A stretch of DNA of 64,000 nucleotides from Octopus sinensis (GCF_006345805.1 NC_042999.1:151280001-151344000); one strand, 5' to 3'. Positions 37,679 to 50,620 are shown, numbered from the stretch's first letter. Numbers and translations: made by a program. Notes: generated by a model not told the origin, from the letters alone.

Positions 37679-37800
37679 TGTTGTTGTTGTTGTTGTTGTT
37701 GTAGAAGTAGAAGTAGAAGGAGGAAGAGGAGGAGGAGGAGAACAGCAACAACTACTGCTACTACAACAGCAACAACAACAACAACAACAGCAACAACAAG
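37545..37800. repeat. Compound trinucleotide repeat (TTA, TAG, GTG, TTG, GAG, CAA)
   Basis: Directly visible. Confidence 0.95.
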
Positions 37801-38038
37801 AGAGAAATTCAGATGAAAGTGATATAACGTAGGGTGGAAGTGGGGGAAGGTTTAATAATAGTGACGGGGTACTTAGTTTATATAACACGAACGCAAATGC
37901 ACCCGTAATAAGTGTACTGCCAGGGTGACGGCTGTGCTGTTAGGTTGTCACTTAACCTTAAACTTTTTGGTGCGGTTGACCCTTAAAACAAATTATTTGA
38001 AGGGAGAGGAGAGGAAAAGAGAAAGAAGAAGAAAGAAA

Positions 38039-38076
<38 letters not shown>

Positions 38077-38149
38077 ATATCTATATCTGTATGTACTTCA
38101 CGTATTTACTAATGTAAGGGGAACAGAATAAGTGATCAGTGAAAAGAGC

Positions 38150-38990
38150 CCTGTGTATGTTCGTGTATTTGTATGAGTGCATGTATAAGTGAGCGTCTGT
38201 GTGTATATGTGAGGGTATGTGTATATATGTGAGGGTATGTGTGTATATGTAAGGATATGTGTGTATGTGAGAGTATATGTGTGTATATGTGGGGTATAGT
38301 GGAGGCGCAATGGCCCAGTGGTTAGGGCAGCGGACTCGCGGTCGTAGGATCGCGGTTTCGATTCCCAGACCGGGCGTTGTGAGTGTTTATTGAGCGAAAA
38401 CACCTAAAGCACCACGAGGCTCCGGCAGGGGGTGGTGGTGATCCCTGCTGTACTCTTTCACCACAACTTTCTCTCACTCTTACTTCCTGTTTCTGTTGTA
38501 CCTGTATTTCAAAGGACCGGCCTTGTCACTCTCTGTGTCACGCTGAATATCCCCAAGAACTACGTTAAGGGTACACGTGTCTGTGGAGTGCTCAGCCACT
38601 TACACGTTAATTTCACGAGCAGGCTGTTCCGTTGATCGGATCAACCGGAACCCTCGTCATCGTAACCGACGGAGTGCTTCCATATGTGGGGTATGTGTGT
38701 ATATGTAAGGATATGTGTGTATGTGAGAGTGTATGTGTGTATATGTGGGGTATGTGTGTATATGTAAGGATATGTGTGTATGTGAGAGTGTACATGTGTA
38801 TATGTGGGTGTATGTGTGTATATGTTAGGCTATGTGTATATGTGAAGGTATGTGTATATATGTGAGGATATGTGTGTATATGTAAGGATATGTGTGTATT
38901 TGTGAGGGCATGGGTGTAGATGTGAGGGTATGTGTATATATGTGAGGGCATGTGTGTATATGTGAAAGTATATGTGTAGAAGAGTGGGTA
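38150..38990. repeat. Minisatellite of about 20 bp (GTGTGTATATGTGAGGGTAT variants), interrupted by a family C SINE
   Basis: Tandem copies are directly visible. Confidence 0.85.
38298..38681 (+). mobile_element. SINE family C (tRNA-derived), full length with probable 13-bp TSD
   Basis: GGCGCAATGGCCCAGTGGTTAGGGCAGCGGACTCGCGG...GGTTTCGATTCCC head. ATATGTGGGGTAT occurs at 38285-38297 and 38682-38694. Confidence 0.85.
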
Positions 38991-39002
38991 TTATTTTCTT
39001 TT

Positions 39003-39205
39003 ATTCTTTTACATGTTTCAGTCACTGGACTGCGGCCATGCTGGAGCACCGCCTTTAGTCGAACAGATCGATCCCAGAACTTAATCTTGTTAAGCCTAGT
39101 ACTTATTCTTTCGCCGAACCACTAAATTACAGGGACATAAACACACCATCATCGGTGGTCAAGCGATGTTGGGAGGGGATAATCGCAGACACACACACAC
39201 ACACA
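39003..39205 (-). mobile_element. SINE family A, 3' half (a 5' piece lies at about 39481-39535)
   Basis: GACTGCGGCCATGCTGGAGCACCGCCTTTAGTC...GTCAAGCGATGTTGG. Confidence 0.75.
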
Positions 39206-39206
39206 A

Positions 39207-39294
<88 letters not shown>

Positions 39295-39377
39295 ATAGTG
39301 AGAATTTGCAAAAGACGAAGACGGGTGTGTAAACAACAAACAAATGTATTAGTTTAATGCTCGGTAAGTGAGAAACT

Positions 39378-39413
39378 CTTTTACTTTTCGAGCCAACGCC
39401 CTTCGACAGAAAA
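39378..39413 (-). ncRNA. Diverged hammerhead-like motif, CUGUCGA core (element about 39296-39475)
   Basis: UUUU-CUGUCGA-A-GGGC(GUUG)GCUC-GAAAAGUA/AAAG. Confidence 0.4.
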
Positions 39414-41580
39414 GAACACAGAAATAAACAGGGAGATAGACAATAGAAAATATTTAGTGGCTAGCGATCTATTATGGAGATCGACGGGATTCTTTCAGTT
39501 TCCGTCTACCAAATCCACTCACAAGGCTTTGGTCTCATATTAAATTAAAATTGCTTCTGCTTGCATTCTATCAGACTCAAATGAATTGAACATTTTATTC
39601 ATGAACGGAACATCTATTCATAACCTGAATTTTCGTTTCCATACCTTCTCAATTTTATTCACATTTTGCACTTCCACTTTTTTTTCAGTCGCATTGTTGC
39701 TCGTTGCATCTTGCATGCATATATTATTTTCTCGTTCACTTTGAAAATGTATTGTTGCATATACACACGCACATGCACCCTTCTTCAGCGCCTGGCTTTG
39801 CGCACGTATCTGCACACGTTCATACACACATGCTAACTCTGTTACATTCATGCCCCACACATGCCTTTCTCGCTTGTTTCTCATGCTCAATGCGCCCTTG
39901 TAGACACAACTCATCTCTATAAGACTCTAGGTCGGTCACGCATACATAGAGAAAGTTGTCTGTCTCTTACAATGCACCAGCATGCCACACTTTTGTTCCT
40001 GCACGATCGAGGCATATAATACCTCATGCACCGGCTGGCTTATTCAACACTGCCTTAATCACTGGCATATTCAATACTGTACACTGTATTTGCAATCAAT
40101 GAATTTGCATTTCTGCCTCAGCCTTGCAAGCCCTTTTTGCTCACATGCACCTCAACTGCCTTGGTTTGCAACACGTCCGTGTCATTTCAATTCTTCTCCC
40201 GACTCAAAGCACGTCGGATGTTCATAAGCTCTGCGCTGATGTTTAGACACAATTTCCCCTTGTTAGACCCCCTGTTTGGTCACGTAATTAACAGAGAAAA
40301 TTATATCTCCAGCATGCTTACAATGTCGTCCTTGCTACCTCAGTAATTAACCACGACAACGGCACCAGACGCATTTCCCTTTGTAAAAACCTTCCAGGTA
40401 TTTCACACACTGCAACCCTGTAGGAAGATCTTTCATATCATAGATTGAGAATACACTCATTCGCTCACCTGAGCTTACTTTACAGTCAATTTCGAAACGT
40501 GCACCTGCACTCATGTATACATCCTCACGCGCACACATGCGCTCATTTGCTGTACTGTCCAGTCACTGACAGTACACATTTTGGCTCGCAAAGCGGCACC
40601 GTTATTCGAACTAATTAGAATAGAAAACTGTCCCGTATACACTTCAACGATCCTCTGTCCTAATATGCAAAATTTCTCCTCAACCATGCATTTCTGTCTC
40701 TCCTTCGATCGTTTGTTTCCTTTCCCGGAACCTCACTGGCGAGGGGGGAGTTGTAGTAAATCTTGCAAGCATGAAGTGGATTCGATCCACCATAGCCAAA
40801 TTTAAATTAACACTTCAACAGAACTTTTCTCGAGCTAAAACAATAGTTTTTCTGTGACAGCAGTTTTACATTTGCCAGATTGCTTTAGCTAGGCCGAAAT
40901 AATGTCTTCACCACTTGACCCTTTCTAACCCCTTCTAAACCACCAAAAGCTAGAATTAAGATAACAAGACCACCAACTAAATCTATTGTCTTCAATGATA
41001 TGTCCATCCTTCTGGATAGTTATAAAAGCAAGAAACCCAAGTAAAAATCAGTTAGTCACTTTGGTGACAACTCTTGAGTTAAGAGAGAGCTAACATCAGT
41101 TAGTGAACCTACCACTAGAATCATAGAAGCAGGCAGACAAACGGCCAGAGAGAAAAAGAAAGACAACGTCTCACACTCTCTCACTCTCACTAGCTCTAAT
41201 TCTGTTCTCTTACAACATCATCTATCTCTCTTTGCAATTACAACTAAACAATTACGAGAATACAAACACCAACTATGCAAGGAAAATCTATATCTATCTT
41301 TACTTCGCATGCTTTACAATTTTATCACCTGCCCGTCGAGGCAAGGTATTGTATAACGTAACGTAAAAATAAACATTTCCTTATGATTTCATGCATCTTT
41401 CACATCTTACATGTCGTTACAACTTAATTCCAACCGTTACACAAAATTAACTTCATTCGTTATATATATATATATATATACACATAGTTGAAATTTACAG
41501 AAAAACAAAAAAAAAACGAAGACAGGTGTAGGAACAACAAGCAGGTGTATTACTTTGACGCTCAGAAAAAATGGAAAAGT

Positions 41581-41616
41581 CTTTTACGTTTCGAGCCTAC
41601 GCTCTTCAACAGAAAA
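41581..41616 (-). ncRNA. Hammerhead-like motif, CUGUUGA core (element about 41486-41625)
   Basis: UUUU-CUGUUGA-A-GAGC(GUAG)GCUC-GAAACGUA/AAAG. Confidence 0.55.
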
Positions 41617-42098
41617 AGATTAAGAGGAGAAATGTATGTATGTATGTATGTATGTATGTATGTATGTATGTATGTATGTATGTATGTATGTATGCATGTA
41701 TGCATGTATGTATGTATGTATGGACTCACGCACACGTACATGTATGTTTAGTTGGATGAATGCTACATAAGTGACTCAAGTCCTTAAGTCTGACTTATGT
41801 AAATAAATACACGTGTATGGGGGAGGAATAAAAGCAGGAAAAAGAACGTATGTGTGTATTAACAACAGTGAGGTAAAGGATATGAAAGTGTGTATGTAAA
41901 TGTGTTTGAGCGCGTGTGCACGTGCGTGTGTGCATGTGCGTGTGTGTGAGAGAGAGAGCGTGTGTGAGTATGTGTGTGTTTGTGTGCGTGCGCGTGTATA
42001 TATGCGGTGTTTATAATTGTATAAGAGGAAGTAATACATATGTAAGTAAACTTTCAAAAATGCGTCTGAGCAGGAGTACATGAATATGTGTATTATGA

Positions 42099-42192
<94 letters not shown>

Positions 42193-43994
42193 ACTTGCGG
42201 GTGGGGAAGGTCTGAGTGAGGGAGGGTACGAACGATGAGAGGAGACTTCCTACAAGTTTGTTTTGGAGTCTAATGAAAGAGGGGAAAGGTTATTTAGAAA
42301 GGAAGAAGATATATGTCAAAGATTTACATGACCACTAATTTCTATTCTTCGCTGCCTTTGTAGAATGACGGAAAACAGAACACGATGAAACATCTGTCTA
42401 GAACAGGCTTCCATTAAAGCAGATCGTATTTATATTGCTAAATCTACCGACTTTCGTTGACAGGGAAAGACAAATAAACTGGTAGCCGTAAGAAAATATA
42501 TGCACTGGTTAAACCTGTCTACCACCGCTATTTCAATGAAGGAAAAAAGGGTTTTAATGAAAGAAAATAAAACATTTTAATTAAATAAATGTGCACTAGT
42601 TTCCAAAGTAAAAAGATTTTATTTTTAAACAGAAAATTTTCTACATTTTTGAATAAGTAACAAAACAAAAAAATGCTTTTCGATTAAGTCAACATCGTAA
42701 ATTATTTTGACTAAAGTTTTGCAAAAATTGTTTGATTCTAATAACATATGGTTAAAAGAACCGAAACAAAGACACAATGAACTCAGAGCAACTAAAATTT
42801 TACTATTTAACCCGTCACCCGTTTAATACGATCATTTGGTTATTGGATGCCTTCACTGGTATCCACTGAATTGTAAACATTCCGAGTAGAGGATAACGTG
42901 TACGTTTTCCTGTTACACAACTCTATGACTATGGTTTCCTCCTCCGTGTCTTCTTACCAACACTCCAATGTAACTGTATTAAAATGTTTGCTTTTCAGTC
43001 ACATAGTTTCAGGTTCAATCTCTGCTATAGCCCAGGGCCAAGCAAAGCTTTGTCAGTGGATTTGTTTGACTGAAAGAAGCCCGTCATATATATCTATATA
43101 TTAGGATGTCTGATCAAAGAGTGACCACTTGCTTCGCACCTATAAAGCTCTTGGCAGTATAGGCAACTCGTCAGACTCAAATGACTGAAGGCGCATACCC
43201 TATCTACAACTAGAAAAAGAAAAACATAACGGTCAGATGGTTTGTAAACAAAAAATATACCAAAAATAAATGTCCGTGGTGCTGGCGGGACGGGGTTATC
43301 CCTCTTACTTCGGCTCCGGCTGTGGTAGTATTCGGAAGAGTTGCGGCGGGCCTACTCAACGAATGGAGAATTCCAAGTTCGTAGTAGAAAACGGTTTTAG
43401 GTGAAGGTATTGACTGAATACTTCTTTCCTGGAGTTTAAAAAGGTCCCCAAATCGAGTGAGTTTTATGTATATATCTCCATATTGTGCCTTTGTGTTTGT
43501 CCTCACACCAAACGCTTGACAACTAGTATTAATTTCTTTATGTGCCTGTAACTCAGCGGTTACAAAAGGGGCCGAGAGAATAAGTGCCAGACTTTAAAAA
43601 ACAAGTACTAGGAAGATTTGTTCGACTGAACCCTTCAAATCGGTACCCCCACTTTATTGACTTTAAAGAGTTTATCGCATGAAAAATGAAAGAATTATAC
43701 GGAAAAATGTATGCTCTTTTTATTTTTTGATAATGATTTCTCAACATAAGAAAAACTTAGAAGACAATCTCTCCTCTTAAATAGCAATTCCCTGTAATTT
43801 CACCGCACGCACACACACACACACACATATACTATATGCATAAACATTATGTATGTATGTATGTATGTATGTATGTATGTATGTATGTATGTATGTATGT
43901 ATGTATGTATACAATTGCATGTATATACACAAATGTGTGTGTGTGTGTGTGTGTGTGATATAGCTGATTCACGATATTATCAAAAGTGTTTCAG

Positions 43995-44210
43995 GTGGCG
44001 AGCTGGCAGAATCGTTAGCACACCGGGCGAAAAGCTTAGCTGTATTTCGTCTGTCTTTACATTCTGAGTTCAAATTCCGCCAAGGTCGACTTTGCCTTTC
44101 ATCCTTTCGGGGTCGATAAATTAAGTACCAGTGTTTCACTGGGGTCGATTTAATCGACTAACACTCCCCTCCCCCAAAATTTCAGGCCTTGTGCTTTTAG
44201 TAGAAAGGAT
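43995..44210 (+). mobile_element. SINE family B, full length
   Basis: GGTGGCGAGCTGGCAGAATCGTTAGCAC...TAGTAGAAAGGATTAT. Confidence 0.9.
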
Positions 44211-45360
44211 TATCAAAAGTATTTCGCCTGTGATCATTTCCAGCGCTGGATTAAGCAGTCACCAGAGTAATCACGTGCTTAGAGTATTAAGGGAACTGGG
44301 GCCACCAGTAAATGATTTACGGCCCAAAAAGGATCACTTTAAACTTGTTAAAGTAATATTTCCAAGTGGTTTATATAATTGTAAATATAATTTGGAGGTG
44401 TCCATGGTGTCATAATGAGAATCTCATTTCTACTCTAGGCACAAAGCCCGAAATATTTGAGTAAAGTGTTATCCAAACTGATGTTTATTGGTAATTAAAC
44501 TTGATTTGTAACACCTGTGCGTATTTATCAGCTTTGTTTTTGTTGATAATTCTTATCAACAACTTTTCCTGTGATTGGGATTTGAGAAGACATACAGCAG
44601 TATGCTAAAGATCGGACATAATCTCTTGTGGGCAAGAAATGTAAAGATAAAGTTTATTATAAACAACATAAACACTTTGTAATTTAACAGCTTTCAATGT
44701 GATACTTGTTAAAGAGAAATTATTTTTATTTAATGAAAATTTAATAATCATAAGCAAATGAAATTATACTAAATACAACTAAACTGAAAACCTTTTTCTC
44801 CTGGCCATATTGTCAATTCTAAACACTTTTGGATGCGAATTTTACATGAAAAGCTTATCCTTTTAACAAATTTTATCCTGGAAATCACCTGCGTAAATTA
44901 AACATGTGCATGATTGATATTTCCTCCTAAGTTCTATATACTCTGGGAACGCATTAAAGCCCTTTTCAGGGCAACTTTATTCTAATTGTTACTATCGGGT
45001 AACTAAGTTGTATGTTATTACGGAACTGACTTCACGATTTTGGTATTCATAACTTATTGGGATTTCCTAAAAACAAGATACTATGTAAGACGGTTCGGTA
45101 TTCTCTGCAAATGCACAAAAACCGTTTTAAGAGCTACATACTTTATATTGTTGCTACTGGATTAGCGAAACAATTATGAGAACGGGACCAGGGGATAAGC
45201 CCCGTTTTTCCGGGAATTACCAGGTACGTCAGCTAGGATATATATATATATATATATATATAACGGGAAGCTTTATGAAAATAAACAAAAGACGAAGGCA
45301 GGTGGAGTACAAACAAACAATTGTATTAGTATGGCGCTCAGGAATAGAAATAAAACAAGT

Positions 45361-45396
45361 CTTTTACATTTCGAACCTACGCTCTTCAACAGAAAG
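45361..45396 (-). ncRNA. Hammerhead-like motif with CUGUUGA (A6U) core at the PLE terminus
   Basis: CUUU-CUGUUGA-A-GAGC(GUAG)GUUC-GAAAUGUA/AAAG. Confidence 0.55.
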
Positions 45397-45659
45397 ATAC
45401 ACAGAAAAGAAACAAGGAGAGAAACAAGGAGACAAAAAAAATGCGTGCAGAAGCTAGCTATTCAACATGGCGATCTGATTCTGGCCAGAAGTCAGAGATC
45501 AAACGTGAGACGCAGAGCGAAAATAGGGGAGATAACAGGGTCAAATGACTTCGCCCAAACATAAGGTGCGTGGTGTATGAGAGAGTATGTGGTGCGTAAG
45601 AAAGGTCTGGACGTGGTATGTATGTATGATGTGATGTGTAATGTCGTATGGTGTAGTGT

Positions 45660-46105
45660 AGAGAGGGGAGATGAGGGGAGAGGGGAGAAGGAGGGGAGAG
45701 GGGTAGGAGATGAGGGGAGAGGGGAAGAAGGAAAGAGGAGGGAGAAGAGGAAAGGTGAGAGTGAGGAGGGGGAGATGAAGGGGGAAGGAAAGGAGGGGGA
45801 GGGGAGATGAGAGGGGAGAGGAGAGGGGGAGAGGGAGAGGGGAGAAGGAAAGAGGAGAAGGGGAGGGAGGAGGAGGAAGGGGGAGAAGGAAGGAGAGGAG
45901 AAGAGGAGAGGGATGGGAAAGGAGGGGAGAGGAGGAGGAGGATAGGGGGGAGAGAGAAGGGGAGTGGGGGAGCAGAGAGAAAGAGAGAAGGGGAAGAGGA
46001 AAGAAGAGGAGGGAAGAAGGGAAGAGGAGAGAAAGAGAGTAGGGGTGAAAAGATGAAGGACCGAAGAGAAGCAGGAGTCGGGGGAGGTTAGATGAGGAGG
46101 GGGGA
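45660..46105. repeat. Polypurine/polypyrimidine tract inside the PLE 3' region
   Basis: Almost exclusively G and A on the plus strand. Confidence 0.9.
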
Positions 46106-46687
46106 GAGTTGAGACCAAATGGCGTAAAAGAGCGAAGAGAGAAGATTAATCCTTGTTCACGGCGCAAACGGGAATCCGGATGGCCTCTGTGCAAGGACAA
46201 ACCGAATACAGACAGGTGTTGCAAGGAGTGACCGGTGGAGCGGAAATGGCGTGAGACCGGTGTGTCGTTGGCAAGGCGGATGTCACGGAGGTGTTCCGCG
46301 AACTGGTCAGCCAAGCGGCGTCCCGTTTGTCCGATGTACAGGGAATGGCAGAGAGAGCAAGAGATGCAATAGATGATATTACTGGAGGTGCAGGTGAAGG
46401 AGTTGATGTTGCGATAGGGTCGATGATGGGTGCCAGTGAGGAAGGTGGTGTTGGAGAGGTAAGGGCAAATATATATATATATTATCTGTAAAATAATATG
46501 TGACAATTATTCAATAGCCAAGATAAAACTCTGATGGTGTTGTGGATTTCCACTTCGGCATCCGAAACTCAGAGTTTTATCTGGCTATTGAATAATTGTC
46601 ACATATTATTTTACAGATAAATTTCCTCTATTTACATAATATTGAGGTCTCTTTCTTTCTTTTGTTATCTTACCGTTTTTACCTATG

Positions 46688-46721
<34 letters not shown>

Positions 46722-46911
46722 ATTATATATATGTGTGTGTGTGGGTGTATAATATATATATATATAGATATATATATATATATATATATATATAATGTAC
46801 TGTTCCGTGATGTGTCTTGTGTCAGATGACAGTGCCAAAACGTCGAATGTGTCATAAAACATTGTTTGGTATGTTCTCAGCACAAGAAACATATGTGTGT
46901 GTGTATTAAAG

Positions 46912-47185
46912 TAAGTAAAGACCCCTTTCGGTGACGTATGACCATGGGGTTGCACTCCTAGCCACAAGACCAGCAGTTGCCCATGCATACCAGCCTCCCT
47001 TCTCCACATCACTGATGTTATCCAAGGGAAAGGCAAATGGGGCCGATACAGCTTGGCACCAGTGACGTTGCAACTCACTGCTACAGTTGAGTGAACTGGA
47101 GTAACGTGATATAAAGTGTCTTGCTCAAAAACACAACACAGCCCGATCCGGGAATCGAAATCACAACCTCACGATTGCGCTTTCA
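46912..47185 (-). mobile_element. SINE family D (tRNA head truncated)
   Basis: Minus strand reads GATTTCGATTCCCGGATCGGGCTGTGTTGTGTTTTTGAGCAAGACACTTTAT...GGTCTTTAC. Confidence 0.75.
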
Positions 47186-47435
47186 TTCACACACGTGTGT
47201 GTGTGTATGGTGTGTGTGTGTGTGTGTGTTAAAGTAGTGTGGAAAGGCAAACAATTAGGCAAGATAAAGACATTTAATTTCATTTAATTCAGTTTGAGTC
47301 ATCCTGACGAAAACTCCTCATATCCCCCTTCTCTCTATGTCTTTCTCTGTCTCTCCCACTCCCTCTCTCCCCCTCTCTGTCTTCCTCCTTCTCTCCGCCT
47401 CTCTCTTTCCCTCTCTGTTTCTTTATCCATCCATC

Positions 47436-47482
<47 letters not shown>

Positions 47483-47510
47483 ATCTACTATCTATCTATC
47501 TATCTGTCTA

Positions 47511-47547
<37 letters not shown>

Positions 47548-48619
47548 ATGTGTGCGTGTGTGTAAGCAGTTATGATGTAAACATCAACGAGAAAATCGGA
47601 AACCGGTGCTCTTTGAACGAAGTCCCCTGTTGCTATTTGTCCTGCTCTGAGGAACAAAGAAATAGTTTTATCGCTCTATCCGTCGGAAATGCAGCGAACC
47701 AGTGATTGAATTGTTTATGATGTAGAACAAACAACTAAACAAAAAAAAAACAAACAAATAAATAAACAAATAAATATATATTCTGAGATATGAAGTTCAT
47801 TGAATGCATTTTCTTCTTCATATCTATTCTCAGATTACCAATTCATCTACGAACTTGTTTTGCAAAAGGATTGTAGCCATTTTATTGTGCGGCATTATAT
47901 CCTAACAATTGTTTAACCATTTTTTCTACGAGATATTTCATTTGGTTATCAGATCTGTATTAACATCATTGTAGGCCTCTGGGTAAAGCAGTGTAAGGGA
48001 CAGAGCTGGAGTAGGGAGGGCATATCATTGATAAGATCGCGAATGGCGACGCAAGGTCTCTGATGGACCTAGCTGACTGATTCATTGACCGAGCGATTTA
48101 TCAACCAATTGGTTAATTGGTTAAATGGTTACCTAGCTAACTAATAATAAAGAACCAGTGCGTGTGTTTATTATTGACATGATGACCCTCCCAAAATGCA
48201 AATAAAAAAAACGTTTCGACATGCGAGTTCACCTCAAGAATTTCGATAACCAAATGCAAAAACGAAATAGTTAACTTTTTCCTTTTCTTCTTCCTTTTTT
48301 TTTAAATAGTTTTGTTAATTCGATTACTGTTCTGTTAATATCGATTGTTGTACCAACAACATTTTGGAATAATCTTAATCATGGAGATATGGCTATTTAT
48401 CTTCCATTCTTTTATTGATTTCTGTTAGTGGACTGCTGCCATGCTGGACGCCGTCTTCGAACATTCTGCCAATCAGATTCCAATTGCTATTCGATCTTAG
48501 ATTTATTTCATCGATCTTTGTTTCGAGATAAAATTGACCAGCATAAACTGCCACACACACATACGTGTGAGTAGTTTTACGTATATACGCCCGCGCACAT
48601 ATGATGGACTCCTGCAGTT

Positions 48620-48775
48620 TCTTATTTCTTTATTGCCCACAAGGGGCTAAACATAGGTGGGACAATCAAGGACAGACCCCAGTGTGTAACTGATACTTAA
48701 TTTATCGACCCCGAAAGGATGAAAGGCAAAGTCGACCTCGGCGGAATTTGAACTCGAACGTAACGGCAGACGAAA
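48620..48775 (-). mobile_element. SINE family B, partial
   Basis: Same body, with the GGGGCTAAAC/GGACAGAC tail variant. Confidence 0.75.
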
Positions 48776-49011
48776 TAAGTGGAAATTTTACCGGTGAGTG
48801 TGTTAAATTACAAGGCACCAAAAGAGAATGACTCCCCAGACACAACAGAATACTTTAAATAATTATAACAATATTGGCCATCCGTACTTCCAAGCTTAAT
48901 AACATTAAGCTTATAGACCTTTTAAAGAATATTCACTTTCAGATTCCCAGTCACCACAATGCCTCTTGGTAATATGCTTTTCCATTTTTACAGTCATGGG
49001 GCAAGTAAAAC

Positions 49012-49812
49012 GGCGAGCTGGCAGAAACGTTAGCACGCTGGACGATATGGTCACCGGTATTTCGTCCGCCGCTGCGTTCTGAGTTCAAATTCCGCCGAGG
49101 TCGACTTTGCTATTCCCCCTTTCGGGATCGATAAATTAAGTACCAGTTGCATACTGGGGTCGATCTAATCGATTGGCTCCCTCCCCCAAAATTTCGGGCC
49201 TTGTGCCTAGAGTTGAAAAGAATCGTTAACAAGCCGAGCAAAATGCTTAGCAGCATTTCGTCTGAGTTTTAAGTTCAAATTCCACCGTGATCGACTTTGT
49301 ATTTCATCGTTTCGTGGTCGATAAAATAAGTACCAATTGAGTACGGGTGCGGGGGCGATGCGTCGACTTACCCCTTCCCCGAAATCGCTGGCCTTGTGCC
49401 AAAATTTGCAATCAATATTTTGGCGGGGTGTGAGGTGGCGAACTGGCAGAATCGTTAGCACGCCGGGTGAAATGCTTTACGTTCTGAGTTCAATTTTCGC
49501 CGATGTCAACTTTGCCTTTCGTTCTTTCGGGGTCGATAAATTAAATACCAGTTGCGTACTGGGGATTGATTGGCCCCTCCCCCAAAATTTCGGGCCTTGT
49601 GCCTAGAGTAGAAAAGAATCGTTAGTACACTGGAGAAAATGCTTAGCGACATTTACTCCGTCTTTACGTTTTGAATTCAAATTCCGCCATGTTCTACTTT
49701 GCCTTTCAGCCTTCTGGGCCGGTGAAATAAATACCTCTCAAGTACTGGGGTCGCTGTAATCAACAAGTCCCTTTCCGCAATGTTACCGGCCTTGTGCTTG
49801 TAGTAAGGAATA
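49012..49812 (+). mobile_element. Head-to-tail array of four SINE family B units
   Basis: Units of about 200 bp start near 49012, 49225, 49432 and 49615. Confidence 0.85.
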
Positions 49813-49957
49813 TTATTTGATTTGGAGGTCAAAAAAATTAATTATTCTAATTAATTAGTATTTTCTATAAAAGAAATAATAATGCATTGCTTCTTTATTC
49901 GAACATTATAATCAAAATATAAATCATTTTTCAGTTGTTTTATTTGTCCGTATATTC

Positions 49958-50097
49958 TTTTCTACTCTAGGCACAAGACCCAAAATCTTGGGTGGGGGGG
50001 TCGATCCGATTAGATCGACCTCTGTACCCAACTGGTACTTAACTTATCGACTCCGAAAGGATGAAAGGCAAAGTCGACCTCGGTGGAATTTGAATTT
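49958..50097 (-). mobile_element. SINE family B, 3' part
   Basis: TTCTTTTCTACTCTAGGCACAAG...GGAATTTGAAT. Confidence 0.75.
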
Positions 50098-50149
50098 GGC
50101 TATATATGTTCCATTAGCTCTTTTGGAGAGTTAAACAACAAAACGATGC

Positions 50150-50620
50150 CGCTAGATTTGGTGAAAAATAGCAGCCAAAATCTCCCTAAAATTACAGTGT
50201 AACGATTGGAAAGTAAGACACGTTAGAAAGTGTAATTCACTGACTGAAAACAAAAAAGGGCGGAATGGTCATAACTGGAATGCTTCTGCTCATAGGTTTG
50301 TACGATCAAAATTGGCCTGTGGTTGAACAACAACAATAAGCAAACTGAAGATTGACGCAAAAGACTTAACCAGTCAGCCAAATCTTTGTACGGTTAAAGC
50401 AACAAAAGAGCTTCTAGGTGGTAATTCAACATGCTAGAAATAACAGTCAGATCATACTTATATCCGGTCTTGCTGCTTTGAACATGAGAATGAAGGAAAC
50501 ATTACACAGTGGCTCTATAAAAAAAAAAAGGAAAAACATGATGGTCACGGATAGAACACTGATTCTATGATTTATCTCTCAACCAGGCCTGACTTGGTAC
50601 TATAATTATCAACAACAAGT
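50150..50620 (+). repeat. Two copies of the dispersed repeat TAGAAATA(G/A)CAGCCAAATCTC (also near 4430, 7510, 32665, 56510)
   Basis: Recurrent AATAGCAGCCAAA..TCTC...GGATGGTCAT(A/G)ACTGGAATG...TCATAGG...AACAACAAC. Confidence 0.6.

Larger units (their letters stand above)
45245..46470 (-). mobile_element. 5'-truncated Penelope-like element: GIY-YIG endonuclease, polypyrimidine tract, HHR-bearing terminus, ending in (TA)n
   Basis: 46108-46400 encodes FTCTSSNIIYCISCSLCHSLYIGQTGRRLADQFAEHLRDI...VSRHF...REQGLIFSL...PFGLN. It continues through a TC-rich tract to the HHR-like motif at 45361-45396. Confidence 0.85.

Noticed and set aside
40853-41441. Possible solo LTR (TGTGAC...GTTACA, with TATAAAA and AATAAA)
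   Set aside because: There are two alternative right ends and no target-site duplication, so it cannot be supported without other copies.
42340-42430. Possible acceptor site and exon
   Set aside because: There is no convincing donor with an open frame.
45492-46118. 208-aa proline/serine-rich ORF
   Set aside because: It is a translation of the polypyrimidine tract in the PLE 3' region.
49012-49812. Regularly spaced repeats as a CRISPR-like array
   Set aside because: The units are whole SINE copies of about 200 bp without unique spacers, the context is eukaryotic, and there are no cas genes.
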